From Chrysomallon squamiferum (lineage: Eukaryota; Animalia; Mollusca): 64,000 nucleotides of DNA. Below the pieces are notes generated by a model. The model saw only the letters and a list, made by a program, of their open reading frames with translations, was not told the DNA's origin and did no database searches. Of the stretch, positions 41,525-56,498 are shown piece after piece; the stretch's first letter is position 1; each line of letters starts with the position of its first letter. Both the position numbers and the translations under genes were made by a program. Location of the stretch: assembly GCA_012295275.1 (NCBI GenBank), contig CM022672.1, forward strand, positions 14,508,001 to 14,572,000, read 5' to 3'.

Positions 41525-42396
41525 ATTTATTTATTTACCACGTATTTATAAGTCTGTATTTTCTCACAGCCATAACTGTAATACAATTTCTAGTAATTTA
41601 TTTAGTTTACGATTAAGAATTTACTAATAAGAATTAATAATAATAAAAAGTTTGATTACAGAATAAAATAAATTAAAATTAAAATTAAAATACAAGAACA
41701 TCTGTTAAATATTAACTAAATGTTTCTTCATTTTTATCATTAGTTTTTGATTTTCAAATTAATTCATAATTAAACCTGTTTTTCTTTGTGCATTTTCTTG
41801 TAATTTATTGGCCGAAGATAATGTGTAATTTAATTTATGCCACTACTTATTAAACGCATTAAAACTATTCTTAGTCCCATGAAAGGATATTTTAAAAGGT
41901 GTTGAATCATGTGCAATGTATTTTAAATAAAATATAAACACAGAAAAAAATAAGATGTTGTCATGGTTACAGTGGAAAAGAGTAAAACTTGGGAAATAAC
42001 ATAAACGTTACAATTTTACAACTGAAATTATAGAATAAAATTAACTAATAATTAATTATTTAATTTCAATTGAAAAGTCAAAATTTATTCATTTGATTAT
42101 TAAAAATAACAGCAACATTAATAATAATAATAATAATAACAAGAAAATGCACAAAGAAAAACAGGTTTAATTATGTATTAATTAGAAAATTAAAAAGTAA
42201 TGATAAAAATGAACAAACATTTAGCTTATATTTAACAGGTGTTCTTGTATTTTAATTTTATTCTGTGACCAAACTTTTAATTTTTAATTCTTATTAGTAA
42301 ATTCTTAATCGTAAACTAAATAAATTACTGGAAATTGTATTACAGTTATGGCTGCGAGAAAATACAGACTTATAAATACGTGGCAAATAAATAAAT
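41525..42396. mobile_element. Foldback/large inverted-repeat element (arms ~277 and ~258 bp, spacer ~340 bp)
   Basis: 41525-41801 is the reverse complement of 42139-42396 with scattered mismatches and small indels, for example CCACGTATTTATAAGTCTGTATTTTCTC versus GAGAAAATACAGACTTATAAATACGTGG, and TAATTAAACCTGTTTTTCTTTGTGCATTTTCTTG versus CAAGAAAATGCACAAAGAAAAACAGGTTTAATTA. The inverted repeat is certain; calling it a transposon is inference. Confidence 0.75.
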
Positions 42397-42765
42397 AAAT
42401 AAATAAATATTATTATTGTTATATTTATATATATATATATATATATATATACTTGTAGCACAACATCGTAGTAACTATTACACTTTTTAACACATCAGCG
42501 AAGCACAGAGGAGGCACGAAAGTGAACACACGTGTCAAATGATCGTTTAATTGACTGTATTATTTATTAATTGTATACAATACTCTTTTTTCACACTAAA
42601 CCGACATTCACACGCTTTTGCATTTCATCCATGTCAATGCAAAAACTGCATCATAACGTACACATCCGTGTAACTTTCTCGCGTTTCATATCAATGACAT
42701 TGTTCGTCCAATCAAAGACGCTGTATTTCTCTTTCTGGGGCGTATTTATACGCCATTTAAAATTA

Positions 42766-42796
<31 letters not shown>

Positions 42797-43310
42797 TTGT
42801 TATTAATATTATTATAAGATGGAAAAAAGAAGAAAAAAAAAAATCGAACGTAAAGATCTTCTTCTAATGGTTTTTATCAACGGGTTATTTACGATTCACA
42901 ATTTTTATTTACGATTCAGAAAAGCTGTTTTTCAGTTTCGGCTTTGTTGATACCCGCTGCCACACCTTTATGGAAGTTAATTGCAATTTTAACGCCCAAC
43001 ACCTGTAATGAAAATATACACGTGAGAACATTCCCACCAACGTTCGGTACAACTGACAAAAAGACAGTGACGACGACGATGATGATAATGATGATGATGA
43101 TAATGATGGATGATGATAATGATAATGGCGGTCACGGTGATGATGATAATAAGAATTAAAATTATGATGATAACGACAAGAATGTTAACAAGATTGTTAC
43201 AATATTTGTTCAGTGATGAATTTTAGTTACTAGCAATTAATTTTATTTTTATTTTTTCAGTGCAAGGAATAGCTCATATTTCGTTTATTAAAAATGTTTT
43301 CAATGCATTT

Positions 43311-43397
<87 letters not shown>

Positions 43398-43941
43398 ACT
43401 ATATTTGTCTTCGTGAGAAAATATCAACAAATATAATATATATATATATAGACACACACACATGCACATAGTTATACCAATTTAACTGAACGACTATTTA
43501 AAAAATTACTGACTTCTTTAATGCACGTGTCTTTACGATTAGATTACATTATTATTTTTTTATGTCACAAGTTTCTGTGATCTTTACTCAGCATGTCACA
43601 CTAAACTGTTTATTTATATCTTTCACTGAAAGAAGGATTTGTAGCTTTCTTCATGTCGCCTTTTAATAATTTTATTTATTTGTTTTTGAAGTGCTGATAC
43701 TGACCTGAGCGAATAAAAAATAATGATCTATATTCAACACCTGTGATATTAAGTATTTATTGTTTAGCTGCACATACACACAAACACACACACACACACA
43801 CATACACACATATACACACTCATACATGAACATACACACAGACACAGAACTATTTTGGGGGGGAGTTTGTTGATGATGATAATGATGATGACGATATTCA
43901 TAAGAAAAAGAAAGAAGAAGAATAACAGGAGCAATGGTAGT

Positions 43942-44029
<88 letters not shown>

Positions 44030-44068
44030 GTTTTAATGAAATACCCAAATATATAACAATAGCTATCT

Positions 44069-44270
44069 ATGTATGTTTGTATTTATTTATGTATGTATGT
44101 ATTTGTTTATGTATGTATATATGTATGTATTTATTTATGTATGTATGTATGTATGTATGTATGTATGTATGTATGTATGTATGTATGTATGTATGTATGT
44201 ATGTATGTATGTATGTATGTATGTATGTATGTATGTATGTTTATGTATGTATGTATGTATGTATGTATTT
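44069..44270. repeat. (TATG)n microsatellite
   Basis: Long TATG run; source of the 'MYVC' ORFs. Confidence 0.95.
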
Positions 44271-45268
44271 TTCGTGTATGTGTATGGTATGTATGTATAT
44301 ATGAGTGTGTGTGTGTTTGAATGTGTGTGTGTATGTATTTATATGTCACATATATATATATGTTTTTATGTATCCTTATATGTTTGTGTGAGATATGTGT
44401 AATACAAGTCTCTTTTCACACATTCTTATCACTGCTGCAGCGGAAAACGTGTTTTAATCATTTCCTGGGTAAATCTAAATCCCACATAATCGCGCTAACA
44501 CGTGTAAAAACCTCGCTCGTAATATAGTACCACTTGTGTTAACTGGAAGAAAAGCTTGTTTTAACAACCACTTCGAAATAAACTTTCTTATCTACGTGTC
44601 TATCGTGTCGGATTTCAAACAGACGTAATCCGTTTTGATCCTAAGATTGGTGTTTTATTTTATTTTTTATTTTTTATTTTTTTAATGTATGTGTAAGGTG
44701 GGTGTATTTTGGTGCGTTTAAAAGACGAAGTATTTGTTTCACAAGTATCAGCATTCCTTCGAGTGAAAGAAATTGTCGTGAAACAGACAGGTTAACGGTA
44801 AATTCATGTCAAGTTATGAACCACAAAGTTACTGTTTGGAGTGTTTGTCAACATAACGGGTTTCTGTTTTTTTTTATTTATTATTTATTATATTATTATT
44901 ATTATTTTTTTTTTTTTTGTTACATACTGTTATAGAATGTGATTACATTTCTTTATTATTATTTTTATTTATTTCTTTTTAAATAATTTTAATAAATTCA
45001 AAATATGAAAAAAAAAAATATTATAAAATAAATTTTAAAAAATAATTAGAAAGATTGTATGCAATATAATATATACAGAAACATGCACAAAGACGTAAAC
45101 ATGAACATAAATATGCGGAAGTAAAATAAAATACAAATGTAAATAAACAAACAAACAAACAAACAAACAAACTAATAAACAAACAAATTAATTAATTAAT
45201 TCACATGTAAATAAACGAATGATTTTTATAGAATGTTCATAAAATCGTAATCAACAGACACACACACA

Positions 45269-45309
<41 letters not shown>

Positions 45310-45941
45310 TCATATTCACTGAATAAATAATGACACTTAAATCAAACACGGAATGATATTTATGTCTACTTTAATTTCTGAATTAATAATTAAATTCAAA
45401 ATAAATTAACAAATTAATTAATTCCCAACAATAAATTAGTGAATGAAAGACCAAACGAACGAATGAAACATGAATGAGGGAATGACTGAAGAAAGGAAAG
45501 AACAAATTAAATATTACTTTTGAAAATTACTATTAAGAATAAATGTTAATTTCTAGAAAAAAAACAAAAAAACTTTTGTAAATAATTTAATTTATTTGTC
45601 TATTATCCTTTAAATTTTGATCTGTTTATTGTGCTAATCTATTACTATTACATATCAATTCTAATAATAATTTTCATATTCTGATTATCAAGAAAATATT
45701 TCGATGTCTTGCTTTGGTTTTATATTTTTATTTAAAAAACATGATAACAAGTTAGATTTTTAATAAATATAGAAACAAATGTTTGGTGTAATTTAGGATA
45801 AAAGAAATAAGTGGTTACTGTATTAAGATATGTGCTCTATCAGGCTTTGAACGAATGTTGAAGTAATTTTACTTTCAGTTTTTACCTGTTTACAATAACA
45901 ATAATTATTATTATTTCGATTTCTTTTCCTTTTTTCTTTTT

Positions 45942-45973
<32 letters not shown>

Positions 45974-46105
45974 TCATTTTGTCTTTCCTTCCTTATTTAT
46001 TTAGTTATTTATTTATTACGCTTAAAAATGTTATATATTATAACATTATCTTCCTGCAAATTCAAAAAAGTACATTTCTTCTTCTTCTTCTTCTTCTGAT
46101 AATTA

Positions 46106-46164
<59 letters not shown>

Positions 46165-48129
46165 GATTGTATATTTTGACGGTTGTACAGTAAAAAATAA
46201 AAAATACGTGAATATAAAAAATATTTTATTTTAATGTGTTGTTTTATTATTATTATTATTTGTTAGTTTGTTGGGGGTTTTTTGTTTTGTTTTTGTTTTT
46301 GGTTTTTGTGTTGTTGGTTATTTTTTATTGTTTGTTTTGGGTTTTATTTGTTTTGAATTTTTGGTATATATGTAAAAAACAAAATGCATTATTTTTATAT
46401 ACACGTACAAAATGTTGTTTGTCGATATTTTAATAACTAAAATTTTTTGTTTCTTTGTTTTGTTGTTAATTAATTTATTCATATAATTAATATAATGTTC
46501 CACGAAAATTTACAAATTATTCATTCATTATTTTATTCGTTCGTTCATTCATTCATTCATTTCATCATCTATTTGTGTTGGTTAGTTAATTAAATAACAA
46601 GATAATTAACAAAGGATTTAATTATCTGCATTTATTTATTTAAAATACTAGAAGAAGAAGAAGAAGAACAAGAAGAAATAGAAGGAAAAAGATAATTAGT
46701 TTTATATTACCACGTAAGATTACAAAGAAACTCGGCGCCATAAATATTTTAACAATAAGAACAAAAAAAAAAAAAAATCTATTTAGGCATTTTCATATTG
46801 AACTCCGTAATGTAACAGACCAAAATTCCAGACCAAAATCTATTCTATATAAAATTGAAAAGAAAGAGAGAGAGAAAAAAAAAAAAAAAAACACATAACA
46901 AAGATAGAACTCCTTTATGGCGACCACTTTATATTTGTGAATATAAACGAGTTCATTTTAAACGAAGAACACGGATATTTTATTCGTTGAAAGCGTTTGC
47001 AGCAATTAGATTGTTCCCCATACATCACTGGGGAACATTGTGCCAAGATGACAGAAAATCTTTGAGAAAGCTGGCTCAGAGTTCACGCATAAAGCGATTC
47101 CAAAAAGGAAAACGACAAAAGCTTCGTGCGAATACCAGAACACTCACTTACGTTATTAGTGGATTTCGGATTGTGGCCTTCTGGTTATCAATTGTTACGA
47201 CGAGGCACGGGTCAACAGGAAACAGAGTGAATTGTTACTCTCCGAAATTAGAGGAAAGAAAGATTGATCATAGTCTCGGTAATTGGAACCCTTTCCAAAA
47301 ATTGAAGGTACTAAAGATTAATCGCGTTGTGAACAATCGAGGCAATTTCCACGCTGAAAGCCTGAATAACGCCAGTTAATAATTTTCCATACTGCTTAAA
47401 GACCTCGCCCGGGAGACTGTTTGTTCAGTTTTAATAAATAGCTACATCAACGTTCACCCGTCAGGCTTTAATATTAACATTTCTAACGCAGACATATGTC
47501 TTCTTCTCCTAGCCTGGCGTCGTCGTCCAGTTTGCAGCGGATGGGACGTAGATTAATAAACGTATGAACATCCAGTCACACGGCGACAACGTGACAGATA
47601 GTTGGCGACTCCTACGACCTCTGTCAGCAACGTCGTGCCGCGGGTTCGTCGCAGCACTGGCACTTGCTTGACGACGACGTCCTGAATCTTGTAATACACT
47701 AAATAATAAATAAATTTTAAAACACAAAAAGAAAGAAAGAAGAAAAAAAAAGGATAAATGTGTCTGTATGTGTGTGAATGTGTGTGTGTGTGTGTGTGTG
47801 TGAGTGCGTATGTGTGTGTGTTATATGTGTGTGTGTCTGTGTGTGTGAGTGTGAGTGTGTGTGAATGTGTGTGTGTGTGTGTGTGAAAAAGAAAAGAACA
47901 AACACTGAAATAAAAGGTTTTCTAATTTAAAACAAAAATAATGTAAAGATTTTTTTTTTTTTTTTTCTTTTTTAAAGATTGTCAAACGTAAAAAGAAATG
48001 TATTATTTGTTTTCTTTGTAAACTTTTGAAGTATACAAAACAAGATAAGTTTATATTTTTAAATGATACATTTTTTTATTCAGACACGCTAGATTTATAT
48101 TTAACTGGACGAAAATGTAGACGGAAACC

Positions 48130-48650
48130 ATCAAAAAGTCTCCATCTATTCTTTTTCTGTTCCAGAATTCTCTTTTCATTCAGTCCCTCGACATTTCTTT
48201 TTATAATAAAGTCTTCTAAGATTCCGTCTCTTTTTACTGTAATGTATTTTAAATGGCAGAGCTTATTATATACATATATATATCCAACATTATGTTCCTG
48301 TAATATTGGGTCTTCTAAAAGTTATATATTGTTTTTCCAGTACATTCTTTTTCTCTTATTATGTTTTCTATATAATCGATGTCTATAGATCCTTCTTCTT
48401 TTTTTGTTTTCTAATAGTTTCATCAGATTATCTGTTTCCATCATCTTCTTTTTCTAAAACTAATAGCCGACTTCCACTACTTATTTCTCTTTTTTATCTT
48501 TTTTTTTATTTATTTCCTTATTTTTTTAGGCTTGTAAAATTCTCAGACTATTATCTAACTTATGAACACATTTTTTTTTTTTTTCATCTGTTATTGAAGT
48601 AATAGCTGGATTATCAATGTTTTCGACACTTTTTCTCTCTTCATTTTCCA
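48130..48650 (-). mobile_element. Possible highly decayed RTE-clade LINE fragment (3' end of ORF2)
   Basis: The purine-rich minus strand gives broken peptides in RTE-like order: SVEN...ITD..CS, an S-E-S-W-like codon run, KNVLEK, then KRDGILEDFIIKRNVEG...RW. This resembles the RTE C-terminus (GH.MR...LEK....GK.EG.R.RGR...RW). Many stops and frameshifts; pattern recognition only. Confidence 0.35.
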
Positions 48651-49037
48651 GTCTACTGAAAAAAAAAAAAAAAAGTCCGCAGCCGTTTGGAATCATCGCC
48701 AAACTATTTGCTTTTTGGAAATGTTCTGGTAACTTTCTTCTTACGTTTATTTACACTGTGTTCACAGAAATGCCAACCTTGTACTGATGTGGAAACCAGA
48801 ATGAGTTGAAAGGACATCGCATTGTCTATTGTTTCCACGTGTTAAGGATCTTTTTTCTTCTTCTTCTTTTTCTTTTTCTTCGACATTCTTTTATTTTATT
48901 TATTTATTTTCATCTTTTTTTTTTTAAATTTTTTTTAAAGGAGATCGCGACTCTGCACTCACATAAGCAATGTCAGATATTATATTTTATTCAAGATATT
49001 TTCATAGCGGCAAGAACGTGTAGGTCATAACATAAAA

Positions 49038-49076
<39 letters not shown>

Positions 49077-49679
49077 GGAGACGTTTATAAAGTAAAACCA
49101 AAAAAAAAAAAAAAAAAAAAAAAAAAAGAAAGAAAGAAAGAAAAATATATGTAGGGAAGAAAAGAAATGGTTCGACAGTTATTGTAAGCGTTGGTGTCGA
49201 AGTGGAATTCGCACTACGACAGCAATGTCATCGCCGTGGTGTAAAATGGTGTTCGCAGTTTATTATGTAGTCGACGTCGTTCCGCACAGAAATGAGATTT
49301 TTCTTTTTAGAGAATTTTTTATTTTTTATTTTTTATTTTTTATTTTTTTTTTTTTTATTTATTTTTTTTTTTTTTTTGTGACTCGCGACGTTGTAAATAA
49401 ATGAGGGGAAATTGCGTTGAGTGTAGGAAAATATATATTTTTTTTTTTCTATTTATACATACATATATTATGCAGTTTTACACTTCTTTTTTTTCTTTAA
49501 AGTACCTCTATATTATTAACTATATATATATATATAAACACGTCCGTTTGTGTGTATCTATATTTCTGTATTTGTATATGCGTATGTCATTAAAAAGACA
49601 AATAAAGAAAAAAAAAAATGTAAAACTCACGAAGTTAAAGTAAAATAAAAAAATTATAAAAAATCATTATTATCATCAA

Positions 49680-49736
<57 letters not shown>

Positions 49737-49918
49737 CAACAACAACAATAATAAATAAATAAATAATTAGGAGGCCAGGTGAAAAAAAAAAAAAGTACTC
49801 ACTGGTATAAAGCATGAATTTTAATAATTTATAAATATCACCATTTCAAACATAGTCTGATCTTTATTCAGTCTGATCTTTATTTGTCTGTTTATTTCGC
49901 TCAGTCGATCTGAATCCC

Positions 49919-49951
<33 letters not shown>

Positions 49952-50011
49952 TACCAAAAAAAAGACATCTCCCAGAATAACAAAAATATATAGAAGAAGA
50001 AGAAGATGAAG

Positions 50012-50053
<42 letters not shown>

Positions 50054-50303
50054 CAGGAAGAAAAAGGAAAACGATTGAGTTAAGCAATAATTCTTCCACT
50101 GAGGTATGTTATCCTTCTTCAGTTCATCTGCTTCTGTAGTTTTTGGCGTCCGGCTGCTTTTGTTATTTACAAGAACATACTTTTCTGCACCATTTATTTA
50201 ACTAGATAAAGAACAAACACGAGAAAAGAATCGTCTATATTACCAACACGGCTCTTGCCTTGCACACCACACCGCTAATCATGGTAACGAGCTAAGCCAA
50301 TTC

Positions 50304-50347
<44 letters not shown>

Positions 50348-51513
50348 TGTCTGTCTGTAACGACTTTAGCAGAAGGACCAGACTTCGAGATGTGATGTCT
50401 TCGTTTTGGACCGCCGGAGTAAATCATTTACCGTTAGCATAAGAAATAACCATTAGAGCTGTGTGAAGAACAGGAATTCGCCTATCAAAGAAATGCTCGA
50501 AATAATAAAGTGCAATCTTTCTCCGCTGTTCCAGTACCTTTCAAAGTTAGGGCGGTTGTGTTTACGCAGTCTTTTTGGTATGTTCGTTCGGAAATAAATT
50601 ATCGTTTCGTTGTTGTTGTTGTTGTTGTTGTGTGTGTGGGTGTGTGTGGTTATGCCGTTTGCGAAATTCTTTCTGTACAACGCTTATTCAACACTGCTTG
50701 AGTTATCTTGGAAAAATAGGAATTTCTTCTTCTTCTGGTGGACGGTAAAAAACATATTAACATGCCTACATACATACATACATACATACATACATACATA
50801 CATACATACATACATACATACATACATACTACATACGTACGTACGTACGTACATACATACATACATACTGACATACATACATACACATATACATATATAT
50901 ATACATAGATACATAGATAGATACATTCATACATACATACATACAGAAATACATATATACATGCATACATATGTACAGATTATCAATTCATAAATCTTTG
51001 CTCATAGAAACAGAAGGCGTGCGTTCGAAGAAATACACATAATCGTTCTATTCAGGTAACAAATGCATTTCTTCCGTATACAAATCCCAAAATATTAAAA
51101 TCACGTCTAACCAGGTACATAACAAGACCAATAATAGATTATTATCAACACTAAAAGACTGCATAGGGCGAGCACGTGTACATTAACCGGAGTGGAACAA
51201 CAACACAAAATTTCACGTTGACTAAACAAAGAAAAAACACACCTGAGCAAGATTAAGTCACCTATCTCTATTTTATGGCTTCTCATGTAGTGTTGTATCA
51301 GTATATTCAGCGGTAAACATGTCTGTTGTTGATTCTTTGAATTTTTTTTTTTTTCAAATCTTATCGGACATTTAAGGTGAATATATCGTGAAACTCGCAT
51401 TATATATATGCTGAAAACTATCCTTTCTAAATGTAATTAATTACTTTATCAGTCTATCTACGTGTGTGTGAATGTTTGTGAGTGTGTGTATGCGTGAGTG
51501 TGTGTGTGTGTGC

Positions 51514-51619
<106 letters not shown>

Positions 51620-51921
51620 TTCTCTCTCTCTTCGGCTTATAAAAGCTTCTATGAACAATTATTTGATGATAAATTACTTTGTCATTATTCCAATTAATTT
51701 TTATTTGATTCTATTTACAGTGAAATATCTCACCAAACAGCTGTAATAACAATAATCTATTCATAAAAATCAACGTACATTCACCGAGCAAATATATTAT
51801 TTAATAGCCATATACAAATAACACCATTGTTGTTTAAACTAAATAACGAAGAATCAGTAACAAAAAAAACAGTTAATAAAATATAAGAAACTTCAATAGG
51901 AACTGATTTTTTTTATTGTGT

Positions 51922-52089
51922 TTAATTTGTATCATCTTCAATCGACTTAATTTCGTTATTGCTGTGTAACCATTTCAGCTTTCCAAATGGACTGGCAAGT
52001 TCTATGATTGTCACATAAAGGTATCGTACTAATTTTGCCTCATTATTTTCTCAACACAATCGCACATAAAGATATCCAATTTTGTGTAC
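51922..52089 (-). mobile_element. Possible decayed CR1/L2-type LINE fragment
   Basis: A minus frame reads VHKIGYLYVRLC*ENNEAKLVRYLYVTIIELASPFGKLKWLHSNNEIKSIEDDTN*, reminiscent of the post-RT motif LG.I.R...LY.TLVRP.LEYASPVW...I..LE.VQ. Confidence 0.3.
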
Positions 52090-52953
52090 ACGAATATTAG
52101 ATTTCAATGAACATATTTAAATGATAGAAGAATGGGCAGGCATTAAACCGACAATGTAAAACTAATTTTATACACGTAAAGAGTACTTCATGATTAAATT
52201 GTAAGCGGACAATAGATGTAATTCCGTCTCTTTGGTCCGGCGCGAGTATTTATCCATTTAAGCCTATTATTTTTACGTCATTCTGCAATTCTGGATACTT
52301 CAAAACTATATAATCCAATATTCAATTTGCTCGGCTTTGTCGCTCGATGGTATTCATTAACTGTGTGCCACGGAAACGTACCGCTTTATTGCAGCGAGTT
52401 CGATTCAGTCGACTGATACTTGGCTGACATTAAATTACAATTACACACTGGGGAAATCGTTTGAAAACAGGTGTCCCTTGACGCGTAATAAATTAGTTAT
52501 CTTATTAAAAGGTTTGTCAAAAATGCGGAAGCATTAAAAAAATAGGCTTGGATGCTAAAATATGGAAATGATCATAAGGCATAAATAACATTAGATATTG
52601 ATGTTGACAGTCGTTGAAATTCCCTCAGCTCTTTCTTTTAGTACCTCGCACGGTAAACTTTCTTCTTCTCGGATGAAGTTCGGTGTTTTACGTCTTACGC
52701 GTGATATATCCGAGGACAAATCTTCCCTGATGCATCCTTTGAGCTATTTCCCAAACTAGACGGTGCTCGAGAATCGATTAGTCATGTACTGTATCCTTTT
52801 CTAAGTATGGGAAATACTTACAAAAGTTTCCTTCCTACTATACAGTAAGATGAGACAAAAATGGTTTTATGTTCATTAGATATGTTTCTGCCTGTGCTAC
52901 TCATATATGTATCTACGGAAGCATTTATATGTACGTACGTGTGTTTATATGTG

Positions 52954-52987
<34 letters not shown>

Positions 52988-53014
52988 TGTATGTATGTAT
53001 GTATATGTATGTAC

Positions 53015-53060
<46 letters not shown>

Positions 53061-55309
53061 GTACGTACGTATGTATGTATTTATGTATGTATATATGTAT
53101 ATATTTATGTATATATCTATGCATGTATCTATGTATGTATGTATATATGCATATATTTATGTATGTATCTATGCATGTATCTGTGTATGTATGCATGTAA
53201 ATGTGACATTTAAGCTTAAAGAGTCTTTACAAAAATATATGCCTTCATTCACACACTTTGTCATTCAGTAAATCTGGAAGTATTATAAATAATTACCTTT
53301 AGATCGATGTTACTCGGTACATATGAGAATATTTCGTAAACTCTTACAAACTGGACTGCATCACATCACCTCTTTACCAATAAAATAAACATTTTCTGCA
53401 ATATAAAATTTTAAAGATGAAGAGAAAAAAAAGAAAGAAGAAAAACAACAACTTTAGTATTATACGGTTGTCGCAAATCCATTAATTTTTAAAAATTTCG
53501 TAATAATAAAAGACCATAAGAAACCTTTAAAAAAAATTACAGAAAGTGATAATATTTTCATCATCTTCTGTTATGAAAAGTGAATTTTACTAGCATGCAA
53601 AAGCTATGAATACTAGATCAAATAGTGCAGACACTATGAATAAAACATCACCCCAGAATTACAATATTCATTCTGTAACCTATCAGGTCGGTGTAAGTGA
53701 ACGGAGCGAAGTAACAAAATATATTTATATATCGGTTGGCGAACTTGGTGACCTGCAGGTACAAACGCCCAGTGACCTACAGCAGGTTTCCCAGACACGC
53801 CTGTGCGTATTAAAACGCGTTTATGTTGATCCAACTCAACGAGAGCACTGCCACAATGAACATATGTACATATTCGATAGCCATAAACTGCAGGCTCTCA
53901 TTATTCGCGTTTGTAAGTTTTATTGTTCGACCAATATTATTGCCGACAGATTTAATTCCCATTTCGGAGAATAATTCTCCTATAAATGTTCAGCATTGAG
54001 AAAGAAGCCCGCTGGGAAAATGACGGTTTTGTATCGTTTGTGTTTGTGTACATCCCACCAGTGTCTTTGAAGTTCCGGCGACTGCAATGCTAAGCAAGTT
54101 CGAATTTTAGGGGTCTGCGTGACGTCATTACAAAGTAGCGGATAATCAATGAGACATTACTTGTAACGTTTATGATGAAATGAAAATCAATTATTCCATA
54201 TTGTTAGAATATAGTAATGAGAAAGAATTTATCACTGAAGTTTCTTTTGTGGTCTGAATATTACGAGCCATGCGCAACTGGGATCATTTCAAACGACGTA
54301 ACAATGGAAAACATTTCGGTTATTAAAGACTGTTATGATAGCTTTTCCAGATATCTTCCAATAATCCCAGACACAAACAGATCGGTGTGGTTTCGCTATT
54401 AGCATCTTCCTTCGTGAGCGGTAAATTAGAAAATCAAACATTTTGTAAATGATTAAGAAAACATACTCTCTTTGAACCGTTTATGAACTGACATTCAAGA
54501 TGATGACAAAAGCCAGTCAGTCAGTCAATCGATCAACCAATTTGGAACAGTCTTACACTAAAGGTTTAAGCACGCCTGTCATAACCAGAAAAAAAAAAAA
54601 GACTTATGTTGTAAAATATCAGCTTTAATACGGCCACTGTTACGAAATAACCACTAAGTTTCGTCGTCAAAACAAACCCGTTTGACACTCAATTACCTTA
54701 ACGGGTATGAACGTCAACGTAAATTACCAGAATTATATTTGTCACAATATTTAAATTATTTGTGAAATAATACAACAAAAAAAAACCCAACTACGGCTTG
54801 ATGTGTTCAAGAGATTAGCAGAATTAACTGTGAGAACTGTTTTACAGCTAAGTCCAATATTTCAAAGTTTCACCATGTTTTATTGGTACTGCACTAGGGC
54901 GCTGTAAGGCACGCTTATCTGGTCCGCTGACCGTCCTTGGATACGAAATTGAGACGTCGATGGAATGTTAACTATAAATCAGAAATCTGTGACTGATAGA
55001 TGAGAGTTGTGTACACAGTGGAGGCGATTGTCGTTACAGAGGGCTCGTAAATATGACCAGTTTCTGAAAGGTTTCTATTCACAGAGCCGCCTTTGTCCCT
55101 GATCCAGCAGAGACCAAGAAAAACAGCACTAGACCAATTGTTTAAATCTTAAATAGCTGATACGATTCGGGGGTCCCCATATTGCGATGCTTGATGGCAG
55201 AAATAAGGGAAGGACTGAGAAAAAGCGAGAGAGATGCACGATAACAAAGAGAGAGAAAGAGGCAGGAAGAAAAAGACATATACATATGACCAGGGAGGGA
55301 GGGAGGGAG

Positions 55310-55416
<107 letters not shown>

Positions 55417-55424
55417 AGATATTA

Positions 55425-55624
55425 NNNNNNNNNNNNNNNNNNNNNNNNNNNNNNNNNNNNNNNNNNNNNNNNNNNNNNNNNNNNNNNNNNNNNNNNNNNN
55501 NNNNNNNNNNNNNNNNNNNNNNNNNNNNNNNNNNNNNNNNNNNNNNNNNNNNNNNNNNNNNNNNNNNNNNNNNNNNNNNNNNNNNNNNNNNNNNNNNNNN
55601 NNNNNNNNNNNNNNNNNNNNNNNN
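55425..55624. other. Assembly gap (200 N)
   Basis: Exactly 200 N next to an (AG)n run; looks like a fixed-size scaffolding gap, so the true distance is unknown. Confidence 0.98.
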
Positions 55625-56254
55625 CAGGCTGGACGAAAAAAAAACAAATGGACACAGACGGAAAGAACGAAAGGCAAAGCAAGAATGAAGAAGGTGAGAG
55701 AAAGGGTGACACAGAGCTTTTCAGAAAGACTCGATTTGGTGTAATGACATCAGTTATTAATGTGCTTAGTTAGGCAGTTGCCTTGCGATTGTGATATGCA
55801 ATTTCAGACAGAGAGTGGTCCTGCTTAACAACGGAAGAATATGACTTCTACGCCGGGATCGCCTCCATTATTAACACTAACCTTTACAAACACGTGTTAT
55901 TTATCATACTGCCGCCAGCCCATTCAAAACTGCCAAGCCAGTATTATGTTAAATAGGTCTACGAATCTCATTTTCTTCGTGTATTACGACAATCATTATC
56001 GGTGTGTCGATATAAACCTTTATTAATAAACTGTCTCAGGTTTGGGATGTGCTGGATACAAACTGTAAATCTTTAAGTGCAGTTATGTAAAACGATTGAC
56101 GTATTAAAAGTGATAATAATATTAGCACTCTGTATTGTTAGAGGTGATAATTACTTAAAAGGTAAATAATGTTTTAAAAGGTATCTAATATCTGGAGCAA
56201 AAAGTATTTATAGGTAAAATTGTTATTATTACTATTACTATTACTGTTACTACA

Positions 56255-56313
<59 letters not shown>

Positions 56314-56452
56314 CACCATCATCATTATCGTCATCATTATTATTTTTGTTGTTATTATCGTCATCATTTTTATTATTTATCATCATCACCATCATCATTA
56401 TTATTGTTATTATTATAATTTTTATTATTATCATCATCATCATCATTATCAC

Positions 56453-56498
<46 letters not shown>

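Noticed and set aside
46855-47379. 174-aa ORF on +
   Set aside because: Non-ATG start, begins in a poly-A tract, has no recognisable domain and no convincing splice sites. It does contain a 9-bp stem, TGTTCCCCA/TGGGGAACA, of unknown meaning.
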